From positions 16,375,903-16,439,902 of the forward strand of contig CM082577.2 in assembly GCA_040954595.2 (NCBI GenBank): a stretch of 64,000 bases of DNA. The letters are read 5' to 3'. Under the pieces are notes generated by a model, which saw nothing but the letters and a program-made list of their open reading frames with translations, was not told where the DNA came from and searched no databases. This DNA comes from Balanoglossus misakiensis. Lineage: Eukaryota; Animalia; Hemichordata. Below, one piece after another: positions 1 through 10,328 of the stretch. A program made the position numbers and the translations under genes. The first letter of the stretch is position 1, and each line of letters opens with the position of its first letter.

Positions 1-1016
1 TATCTCCACAGCTCTGTCAAAAATCAAGCCAAGCACGGTGACATAGTGTTTCTTAATATCATTTAATAATACTCCTTTTTGGCACTTTTTGTGAAAATTT
101 CAAGAAATACTGTTTTCTCAAAATTCTACATGTAATACTTCGGAATGTGGTAACCACGCACTGCATCAAGGTAGGTAGACATCTACCTTGATGATTCCTC
201 CCTAGGGACAACTTCAGAAGCAGCGACTACAGAAGTAAATGAAGAAGGAGAATCATTGAACCAGGAGAACAAGCGACAACTCGGGCTACACCACAACAGA
301 AGGTCAGGCGGACACAGAGGCGGAAATGACGACACAGCCAAGCCAGACGACGGCAGAGTCTGAGCCAATCCACCCATCCACGGAGCTTTGTGACTATCCA
401 GAGTACAATGAAACCGCAGGAAGTTTCGGCCACATGATCGCCAGCCAGACAACAACAGGTGTGTAGAGCATAAATATGCAAATTACTCTTGAACATTTTG
501 TTCTTGAAAATTTTGTTCTTCACTTGTACAGGTACTTTTTGGTGCAGAAAATATTGCTTGCTTTTACAGATTACATGCAACCAAGAACTTGGGGTGAAAG
601 GGTTAAAAGCAGTCAAACACTACTCTAAGATGGACTACCTGATTAACGGGATGTACAACTGAGATCCTTGGGTGGATAGCAGATGCCATTTTATAGTTCC
701 ATCGCATGTGAGATTTTTTTGAAAATTTTCCCTGTAATATACCAAGGTGTTGTGAGTGCTTCATTTATAGTATGTTGTACTGTGTCTTGCTAAAATGTAA
801 TTTTAGTCACTGCCAGGAAGTGCCAAGGTGAAACATTATGTGACCGGGGGTTGATTTACCTACTTACCTGTGACAGGGGGGTTGACTTACTTACTTACCT
901 ACATACGTTGAAGGCGTTATACACCTGTGTCAGGGGGTATGCTTACATACTTACCTGCATACGTTGAGGGCGCTATACACACATATATATAGGCACGCAC
1001 TTCCATACTAGGTCAG

Positions 1017-1769
1017 TCATTATCTGACCCGTGCTCGTTTCATTTTGTTACCTGTATGTGTAGGTGAGTTTACCTTTTACAATCCACTTTAGATTGCCTG
1101 GCCATGAGGGCCATAGCGGCCGTTTATTACACCCGAGGGGCTGTGAGTTACCAGAATCATATGCTATTTCCCTCGGCCTACGGCCTCGGGAAATAGCATA
1201 TGATTCTGGTAACTCAAAGCCACGAGGGGGTAAAAACGGCTGCTATGGCGCGAATATAGGCCAGGCCATAGGTGTTTTATAATAAACCTCATGCTAACAG
1301 TTGGGAAAATCTTGCAATTTTCTCTTAAGGTTGGCAGACGACATCTTCCGCGGTGGCCATTGTGTCAGACGACGCGACACTGATTGACGTGACCGAGTCT
1401 GCGCACTCACGCTCGTCACGTGACCGGTTTGTATTTTTTCTGCTACTTCCCTAGAGGGATTCATAGTCGATTCTATTTTCCTATCACGTGACGGATTCTG
1501 GCGAATCACAACACAGTATTAGCATGAGGTATATTATAATGCTAAATATGAGCCATCCAAATATTTAAATACCTGGTATTGCTTTAGTTGATATTTATAT
1601 TTGTAGTGGGGGAATTTAGTTTATTCTTCTTTAGTTATTTATACTTCTTTTTGGCATTTAAAAATGTGGTGATGTGTGCTTCATGACCGAGCGGCGATTC
1701 AACTTAACTCATGTAACAGATTCATTATCTGACCCGTGCTCGTTTCATTTTGTTACCTGTATGTGTAGG
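1017..1769. repeat. 48-bp perfect direct repeat (1017-1064 and 1722-1769)
   Basis: tcattatctgacccgtgctcgtttcattttgttacctgtatgtgtagg occurs twice. Confidence 0.85.
1093..1539 (+). mobile_element. Non-autonomous hairpin element, copy 1 (Crypton-like architecture)
   Basis: Near-identical to 59851-60295. About 180 bp palindrome centred on ctcggcctacggcctcggg, followed by a segment bounded by the inverted repeat tataataaacctcatgctaa / ttagcatgaggtatattataa. No TSD seen. Confidence 0.8.
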
Positions 1770-3789
1770 CCTACCTGTGCTCTGTACTATGTGTAATGTA
1801 TGATTTATACGGCCGAAATAAAAGATGAACCAGACGAAGTGACAACCACAATTTCCCGAGCATGGTGTATTTCTTTGCTGACCCTATATTGGCAAGCTTC
1901 ACAATTACTTAAACGGGTGTTTTTTTCTTTTTTATCTACCAATCAGGTTGTGTTTTTCGATTCGTCACACGAAATACATAATCTTGGGTGGCCATCGTTC
2001 AACACGACGCGATAGGACAGACATGACGTCAGGAAGAGAAAACATGCAACAACTAACAACTACAAGGGGAGGGCCAAACGTAAACGCATGGAACTCAAAC
2101 GCCGATATCTCAACCAAAAGGAATTACAAGACCAATCGCTAGCGGGCCATTTTTAGGAGGTAACACGAGGCCGCCAAGGAGATGACCCAGAGTTTGGGTT
2201 AACACAAGTTCGGGGAGCTATGGTTGACAGCTTCTTCGATTCCATACTACAATATCTGTGCTAACAACTGAAACATATGCGACAATTACATCGAACAGGA
2301 GGAGCTTGGTCCCGCCTGTCCACATCTTCATATAAGAAGTCAATAAGAATAAGAATTTGACGACACTGTGCAATTGTGTTGCCTGTGTGGCGTGCCGCAT
2401 TACAATTGACATTAACTGTAGAAATCAAAAGTGAATTTCAAGAAGAGGTGTTGGAAACATAAGTCACATCGGGCGAGGATGAACTTTTTAAAGCTTCTTA
2501 TAAAAGTGATGTAATCTTTCTCCCCCATCATTCGAAACTCAATATTTGACTTGCTGAAAAGTAGTGGCGCCAAATGGGTAATTTCTGACAAACGTGAACA
2601 GTGAACGTGAATATCATGACTGACGATATGCACTGCATTCCAAGATGTTGGTAGTCCTATATGTACATACATCATCGGTCATGGAGAGTGACTTGTCGAA
2701 AATGGAAGGTGTTCTTCTGGCTTGTAGACCCCATTGCATGTAAGATTTACTGCAGCGGTTTTCTGTCATATTTTCAAGAAACATGTCATTTATAGTTTTT
2801 CATTTGATTATTATCAGGTGAAGCCTTGTGCGAGGTAGACATGTAACCCCAACCATAGGTCAAGTCCAGCGAACGGATTATAAAGAAAGATGACCAAACC
2901 AAGTGATGTGCACCTCCCAGAGAAGGCTGCATTTCAAATAGAGTGAATGTTTTTGTATAAAGTTACGAACCCTCTTTTATTAAAAAATATTATCATGACA
3001 TATTAAGAATGATAGACACATCTTAGCAACGTTTCAAATAGAGCATGTATCACTACATTTATCACTACATCGACACATTCATTCAGAGCTCTTGCAGTTT
3101 CATGAGCGTCCAGTGTATGTGAATGTGTGTGTGTGGAAAAATGTCATATTGTGCAGCAATGTACAAGTGGTATTGAGGGTACATGCGCCATTTGACTAGC
3201 TGTGGGTACCGGTAGTAGAGAAGAAAGTTACAGCTTTCATGTAGAAAGCTGGGAGTCATCAGGATACTGTGATGAAATTCCGGGAGAGTGGCATGTACCA
3301 CTAAATTATAAAACCTGTCCATACTCGGAACTCTCGGAGGTAAAAGTGAGCCTTCAAGGTAGGTGAATCTTCTGGAGATGCCATAAGCGAAGATGAAGAT
3401 GATGAAGACTCTAGGTGAGAGGATCATTAGTAGTCCAAAACGAGCAGAGTAATTGTGTCACGGGAAATGACTGTTCGGTGGTGATTTAATATCTCTTATA
3501 CTGTATTTTATACACTTTACAAAGAAGCATAAAAAAACTTTTAAAAAGTTATATATATATTTCATGTTGAATTAGACTAAGTGGTAACTTTCTCATAAGT
3601 ATGAAACACTTCTGATTTTGGTAATGTAGTGTTGAAAACATGTACTGTGGGTAATACGGAAGGGGTAATAAAGAAGCACCATCTGGCAAGTCACAAATCA
3701 ATTCTTAACATAGAGCCTCTCACCAAGTGGCCTATTGATATCTGTGGATTATCTTGGCCTGTAAATTTCACCAAACAATTGGACACTTA

Positions 3790-4950
3790 TATATAATCCC
3801 ATGATATTTTTCTTTGTCATCGTATATGAGTGGTTTTCGCAGAGCCGTGCAACTTCGAGCCGCAGGCGAGAAGTTGTACGACTCCGCGAAAACCACGAGT
3901 ATACGATGACGTTAAACAAAGAAAAATATCATGGGATTATATATTAATCACCTGAACAGTCTTCTTATTTTTCGTTAGAAGAGGTAGGATAAAATATTCC
4001 AATATCTTGCTAAAATATTCGAGCGGCCTTGCAGTTTATTTAGCGGGATTACGTTCTTTCCCCTGCGCAACGATCTGTGACCCCCACGAGATATGCTAAT
4101 TATGGAATCCCTTTCATTCATAAAGTGAAATCGACTTTCAAGTTTATACACTTTTGCGTCTTGTCTACCAATCAGATTCGCAGAGTCAGTCACATGGGCC
4201 AGAATTTTGATACATTCTGCCTGTCAATCATCGTCTCGCGCTGTGTACATGTCAACACAACGTCCTAGCAAGTCATCGCGTCGAGTTTGCCCGCAAAGTT
4301 ATGCTGCAAGTCGCAGTTTGACAGAAAAAAAATGACGCGCTTCGTGTAGAACTTTATGAAAAAATAAACAGTTCCATTGCCATATATCCTAAAACCGTTA
4401 TTGTGACAGGATATTAAAAATATTAGTCCAGGAACGATGTTCAAGGTTGCGTTTGCGTCGGCCTGGCTAGTCAGCGCAGTTGTGTTTCCGCAGAAACTAC
4501 AACCCTCGTACAGAATCTCATCCTCGAACCCCACACAAATGTTTTTGATTCTCAAACAAATGAACTGCGACGTTTTTCCACGTCTTATACATTTCGTTGA
4601 CCGGTGGACAGAATACAGAGTGTTAGTCGTCCCGCTCAGGTGGCTCGAAACCACTTTCGTAACTTCCGTAAGCCTAAAATCAAGTGTGCTGGCTCGCTCG
4701 GGACCAGGCTCGCTAGCTGCAAGCACACATTCATGATCGTAGCGTCGACGTTTCAAATTCTACCTTTCTCGTATTGATTTTACCAAACGATATTCTTACG
4801 CAACCGTCATGGAACCGTCATTTTTATTTCAATCGTGTACAACTACGGGTTTATGCACTTGTTATTCCGTTTAACAAGAAAGTTATAGCGACGGGCGAAT
4901 CAGCGAAAATAGTTCCGGTTCGACCTGTTCTACGTCACACAGGTGGCTAT
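3790..4950. mobile_element. Hairpin-terminated non-autonomous element (Crypton-like); right end uncertain
   Basis: Palindrome 3790-3942 (tataatcccatgatattttt...cgagccgcaggcgag...aaaaatatcatgggattata) followed by CpG-rich DNA unlike the host background. Confidence 0.55.
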
Positions 4951-5205
4951 ACGGGCCAGTTCGTATGATAAAGGATTTAATGTCTCGACACTTTATAGTA
5001 GTAAGTGCAGCCTGTGCATATCGCGTCTGGATTCTAGATTAGATTGTACAAGGAGAAAATTACATGTATATGCAGAAGTACATATACGTTGTGCAATGGT
5101 CGTGGTTATACAACTACTATCACGACATCTTGATGATGTAATGTTAATTGAAAAATATTATCAAATTCAGTTCATCAGCCACCGTAAATGTATGTGTTTC
5201 TTCGG

Positions 5206-6300
5206 TTAAAGTAGCTGGCAGCTCTGTGATTTAGCGACACCTGGTGGTTGTTTTTGCTGGGTGTCAGCTTTTAGCGAACATGCTGCAAATGCACTGCCTG
5301 TGTAATAGCCTTTGTCACTGCTGCCAGATTCATTAGTTTGCAACTTTGGGTGTTCAGTCTTGACTGTGGCAACTTCCTCGTCGGATCCATCAGACGATTG
5401 GAAAGAATCGCCATCATTTTCAATAAACTCCTCCTGTGTGAAGGACGGTATGGCTGATGCAGTGATTAACTCGTCGTCCACACTCGCAAGTGCAGAGGAG
5501 ATGAACTGCGCATCAGGTCGATCTTCGGGATCAAAAGACAACATTGATTTCAGCAGATCTTTCACTTCGGGACACTGCTCTAAGTCATCTAAAACAATTT
5601 GTGGTATTGCGCGGTTGGCATTCATCGCATGACTGAGTGGTTTCTTATCCACTAAATACACAATGTGCCCTCTGTACACTGAACACACCATCAAAGCCAA
5701 CAGAGTGACGCCCATAGAAAAGATGTCGCATTTTTTCGTGTAGGGCTTATAATCAGCAACTTCAGGGGCCATGAATGGTATGGTGCCAATCACTGTGTGC
5801 ATGCTTGTGGTTTTCCCCATCATGTCATACGTGGTGGAGATGCCAAAGCAACAGAGTTTCACAGTGATGCTGCCCTCGTCACTCCTCTTCAGCAGGATAT
5901 TGGCCGGTTTCAGGTCTCGGTGCGCCACCATCTTGGAATGGAGATAACCGAGCGCATCAGCCACTTCGCCCATGAGACGGATCTTCAATCGGGTCTCCTC
6001 CATTCTTCCTTCCTGCTGGAAATACGTGTCAAGGGTGCCCATCTCGCAATACTCCATACAAATCCAAACCATCAATGTACCGCTTTCTTTATCGGCAAAA
6101 TACTCAAGTATTTTCACAATATTCTTGTGCTCAAGCCCGGCCATGAGGACCAACTCCTTCATCACACTGGTCACGATTTGGGGTGAATCACACTCTAATT
6201 CTTTCCCCGCACACTCAACTTCCGTTTTCTTGTTTCTTAGACGAAACACTCTGGCAAAGCCACCTGCACCCAGTTTCTCAAGTTTAGTGTATTTTTCCAT
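5206..6300 (-). CDS. PDIK1L/STK35-like Ser/Thr kinase, copy A (DFG->CFG, probable pseudokinase), 364 aa, single coding exon
   Basis: Intact ORF with GAGGFARV P-loop, CAGK lysine, MEYC hinge, HRDLKPAN and APE. Residue 151 is Cys (KLCCFG; TGC at 5848-5850) where copy B has Asp. KELECDSPQIV resembles the KIRCDAPENV segment of STK35/PDIK1L (recalled similarity). Splice acceptor (tttcag) about 26 nt upstream of the ATG. Confidence 0.85.
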   Translation of the reverse strand: MEKYTKLEKLGAGGFARVFRLRNKKTEVECAGKELECDSPQIVTSVMKELVLMAGLEHKNIVKILEYFADKESGTLMVWICMEYCEMGTLDTYFQQEGRMEETRLKIRLMGEVADALGYLHSKMVAHRDLKPANILLKRSDEGSITVKLCCFGISTTYDMMGKTTSMHTVIGTIPFMAPEVADYKPYTKKCDIFSMGVTLLALMVCSVYRGHIVYLVDKKPLSHAMNANRAIPQIVLDDLEQCPEVKDLLKSMLSFDPEDRPDAQFISSALASVDDELITASAIPSFTQEEFIENDGDSFQSSDGSDEEVATVKTEHPKLQTNESGSSDKGYYTGSAFAACSLKADTQQKQPPGVAKSQSCQLL

Positions 6301-9300
6301 TATCTCAAATACACAGAATTGTAGAGCTGAAATGGTAAAATTAAACTGACATTAATGCGATGAAACTGACATCAAAACCTACTGAACGACTTTTTGACAA
6401 CATTAAAATGGAAAAAAAGGAGTTGTTAATAACATTTTCTAAACAAATCACCAGTGTTCCTTTAGCAGGTCACAAACTTACCCATTCATTTTTTCAATGA
6501 AATGCTGCATTTTAAAACACTCTTGTCATGTCCTGCAAGTTTCAGGATTTTGTCACGACAAATATGATGTTTGTTTAGAGAAAGTTTCCTCCTTACCTAA
6601 GTTAAGACAAACAAAGTTCTAGACACAAACGAACATTACATTGTACTTGGTGATTTTGAAAAAATGCATTTTTGACTAGAGTACATTACCCTTTACTTAA
6701 GACATAAAATGCAAACTTAGTATGAAAACTCTGATTTCGGCTAATCATTGTGAAATAAGTTAAAGTGCATTTATAGCTTATTAATAACATTATTTAAAAA
6801 TCAATCAGTGTTAGCTGGACTAATGTCAAGGTGAGCTCATTTAGACTAGACTGTGGTTGTCAGAAGTTTGAAGTCTATAGACATCTTCACCCTTAATCAT
6901 CCTCTGCAACTTTCCACAAAAAGTACACTGATCAAAATATTGTGGATAAACCGAAAATAATTACAGATTTTCAGAAGTGCGCATATCGGTTTGCCATACT
7001 GCCAATAAACTTACTGTTCAATGTGGTCGAAGTCTTGGTCACTCAGCAGCTGACAACACTGATCTGAGCCCAGCCAAAGCTGTGTGTATGCCTAGATCCT
7101 ACTCAGTGGTATGGCACCTGCCACTATCAAAGTGTCAATATGGAGATTATTTCTATTGCCCCATGAGAGGGGACAATACGGCCACACTTCCGCGTGTCAA
7201 AGGTCAGTTTTGGGTATTAAACGCCCCTTGCAGTGTATCAGTGTTTAATGGACATGTGATCACATGTGTTGCTTCTGTGACCCAATCAGCCAAATATAGT
7301 GACAGATAAACTGTAATGTGTGTGCTTTGCATTTTCATTGCAATATTCCTTCTTTTTTTAAATTGCAATAATTTTCAACTGTTCTGATATTTCATTAATA
7401 TTTTGGCCATTTTACCAGGCAAATTATAGAATTGTGAAATGAAAGGCTGGCAACTTTAGCAACAACCTGTACCCCAGCAGTATTTATGGTAGTGCAACCC
7501 CAGCATATCATAAAAGTTGTACATTGTCTTATACTCTTAGTTTATCCTTCTTAACAGCTCCTTGGCAGTAAAAAAAGGTATTTATATTACCAATATTTCA
7601 GTGCCCAACACTTTTACAACTTCAAGGATCAATAATTCACTGGGAATGCAGATGTATACGTGCCTATACGCATGTAATGGCAAGCTGACCTTGAGACAGT
7701 TTTATGCCTATATGTCTCACAGACGAGAATCAAAGTATGCAATGGGTACTATGTTTGACTGACTAGACTAAGTGTACCGGGGTGTATGTTGCTGACTGTA
7801 GAGAACTCTGTTTAAAAATTGTAGGACACCTTCGGGAACAGAAATATACTATCCTTAATCGAGTGTTTTTATATGACAAGTAGCATTCTATATGACTTTT
7901 GTTGTTACTTATCTGTATTTAAATAGAGAGACGTTGGGGTAAAAAAGGTGTTAGTAATGACATATTTCACAATATCTGCCTTGCATATCTGCAAACAGTT
8001 TGTTGGGGTTTTTTTTTAGTCAGGCAGTGTTTGTAAGTGTTTCACTGGTCAAGTGCTTGCATCAGAAAACTTCCCTTCATCCTTAGAAACAGAAGTGACG
8101 TGTGTATGCACAGCAACCAGTACACAGGCCTGAACCTAATTTTGGATATGCTTTTAATTCTGTCTATTAAATGATATTGCCTGGCAAAATGGCCAAAATA
8201 TTAATGAAATATCAGTACAGTCGAATATTATTGCAAATTAAAAAAAAAGTGAAATATTGCAATGAAAAATGAAAATGCAAAGCATACACTACAGTTTATC
8301 TGTCACTATATTTGGCTGATTGGGTCACAGAAGCAACACATGTGATCACATGTCCATTAAACACTGATACACTGCAAGGGGCGTTTAATACCCAAAACTG
8401 ACCTTTGACACGCGGAAGTGTGGCCGTATTGTCCCCTCTCATGGGGCAATAGAAATAATCTCCATATTGACACTTTGATAGTGGCAGGTGCCATACCACT
8501 GAGTAGGATCTAGGCATACACACAGCTTTGGCTGGGCTCAGATCAGTGTTGTCAGCTGCTGAGTGACCAAGACTTCGACCACATTGAACAGTAAGTTTAT
8601 TGGCAGTATGGCAAACCGATATGCGCACTTCTGAAAATCTGTAATTATTTTCGGTTTATCCACAATATTTTGATCAGTGTACTTTTTGTGGAAAGTTGCA
8701 GAGGATGATTAAGGGTGAAGATGTCTATAGACTTCAAACTTCTGACAACCACAGTCTAGTCTAAATGAGCTCACCTTGACATTAGTCCAGCTAACACTGA
8801 TTGATTTTTAAATAATGTTATTAATAAGCTATAAATGCACTTTAACTTATTTCACAATGATTAGCCGAAATCAGAGTTTTCATACTAAGTTTGCATTTTA
8901 TGTCTTAAGTAAAGGGTAATGTACTCTAGTCAAAAATGCATTTTTTTCAAAATCACCAAGTACAATGTAATGTTCGTTTGTGTCTAGAACTTTGTTTGTC
9001 TTAACTTAGGTAAGGAGGAAACTTTCTCTAAACAAACATCATATTTGTCGTGACAAAATCCTGAAACTTGCAGGACATGACAAGAGTGTTTTAAAAATGC
9101 AGCATTTCATTGAAAAAATGAATGGGTAAGTTTGTGACCTGCTAAAGGAACACTGGTGATTTGTTTAGAAAATGTTATTAACAACTCCTTTTTTTCCATT
9201 TTAATGTTGTCAAAAAGTCGTTCAGTAGGTTTTGATGTCAGTTTCATCGCATTAATGTCAGTTTAATTTTAACTTTCAGCTCTACAATTCTGTGTATTTG

Positions 9301-10297
9301 AGATAATGGAAAAATACACTAAACTTGAGAAACTGGGTGCAGGTGGCTTTGCCAGAGTGTTTCGTCTAAGAAACAAGAAAACGGAAGTTGAGTGTGCGGG
9401 GAAAGAATTAGAGTGTGATTCACCCCAAATCGTGACCAGTGTGATGAAGGAGTTGGTCCTCATGGCCGGGCTTGAGCACAAGAATATTGTGAAAATACTT
9501 GAGTATTTTGCCGATAAAGAAAGCGGTACATTGATGGTTTGGATTTGTATGGAGTATTGCGAGATGGGCACCCTTGACACGTATTTCCAGCAGGAAGGAA
9601 GAATGGAGGAGACCCGATTGAAGATCCGTCTCATGGGCGAAGTGGCTGATGCGCTCGGTTATCTCCATTCCAAGATGGTGGCGCACCGAGACCTGAAACC
9701 GGCCAATATCCTGCTGAAGAGGAGTGACGAGGGCAGCATCACTGTGAAACTCTGCGACTTTGGCATCTCCACCACGTATGACATGATGGGGAAAACCACA
9801 AGCATGCACACAGTGATTGGCACCATACCATTCATGGCCCCTGAAGTTGCTGATTATAAGCCTTACACGAAAAAATGCGACATCTTTTCTATGGGCGTCA
9901 CTCTGTTGGCTTTGATGGTGTGTTCAGTGTACAGAGGGCACATTGTGTATTTAGTGGATAAGAAACCACTCAGTCATGCGATGAATGCCAACCGCGCAAT
10001 ACCACAAATTGTTTTAGATGACTTAGAGCAGTGTCCCGAAGTGAAAGATCTGCTGAAATCAATGTTGTCTTTTGATCCCGAAGATCGACCTGATGCGCAG
10101 TTCATCTCCTCTGCACTTGCGAGTGTGGACGACGAGTTAATCACTGCATCAGCCATACCGCCCTGGACACAGGTGGAGTGCACTGAATACGATGGCGATA
10201 CTTTCGAGTCTGACGAGGAAGTTACGACAGTCATGACTGGGCGCCCAAAGTCGGCAAATTGCAAATCTGGCAGCAGTGACAAAGGCTACTATACAGG
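5297..10297. repeat. Large inverted duplication: arms about 5297-7422 and 8177-10297, spacer 7423-8176
   Basis: 5446-7315 is essentially the reverse complement of 8290-10160, and the ORF track shows mirrored identical antisense ORFs. Diverged homology continues outward in the kinase tails and inward to 7422/8177. Confidence 0.95.
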
Positions 10298-10328
10298 AAC
10301 TGGCTCCACATCAGGGTCTAGACATTAA
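9306..10328 (+). CDS. PDIK1L/STK35-like Ser/Thr kinase, copy B (canonical DFG), 340 aa, single coding exon
   Basis: Intact ORF with all canonical kinase motifs (GAGGFARV, AGK, HRDLKPAN, KLCDFG with GAC at 9756-9758, APE, DIFSMG). Acceptor cag at 9277-9279. A candidate donor gtaagt at 8591 implies a non-coding first exon. Confidence 0.9.
   Translation: MEKYTKLEKLGAGGFARVFRLRNKKTEVECAGKELECDSPQIVTSVMKELVLMAGLEHKNIVKILEYFADKESGTLMVWICMEYCEMGTLDTYFQQEGRMEETRLKIRLMGEVADALGYLHSKMVAHRDLKPANILLKRSDEGSITVKLCDFGISTTYDMMGKTTSMHTVIGTIPFMAPEVADYKPYTKKCDIFSMGVTLLALMVCSVYRGHIVYLVDKKPLSHAMNANRAIPQIVLDDLEQCPEVKDLLKSMLSFDPEDRPDAQFISSALASVDDELITASAIPPWTQVECTEYDGDTFESDEEVTTVMTGRPKSANCKSGSSDKGYYTGTGSTSGSRH

Noticed and set aside
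1064-1282. Similar 72-aa ORFs at 1064-1282 and 59822-60040
   Set aside because: They lie in the palindromic part of a non-coding repeat; similarity follows DNA copy identity.
5312-6349. Antisense ORFs overlapping the kinase genes (also 9269-10282)
   Set aside because: Shadow frames of real coding sequence.
6977-8628. Identical 110-aa ORFs at 6977-7309 (+) and 8296-8628 (-)
   Set aside because: Non-ATG start, no recognisable domain, antisense to the likely kinase promoter/first exon. Their identity simply reflects the inverted duplication.
5206-10328. Inverted kinase pair as a fold-back read or assembly artefact
   Set aside because: Diverged tails, diverged inner ends, a unique 754-bp spacer and small arm-specific differences argue for a real duplication, though read-level confirmation is still needed.
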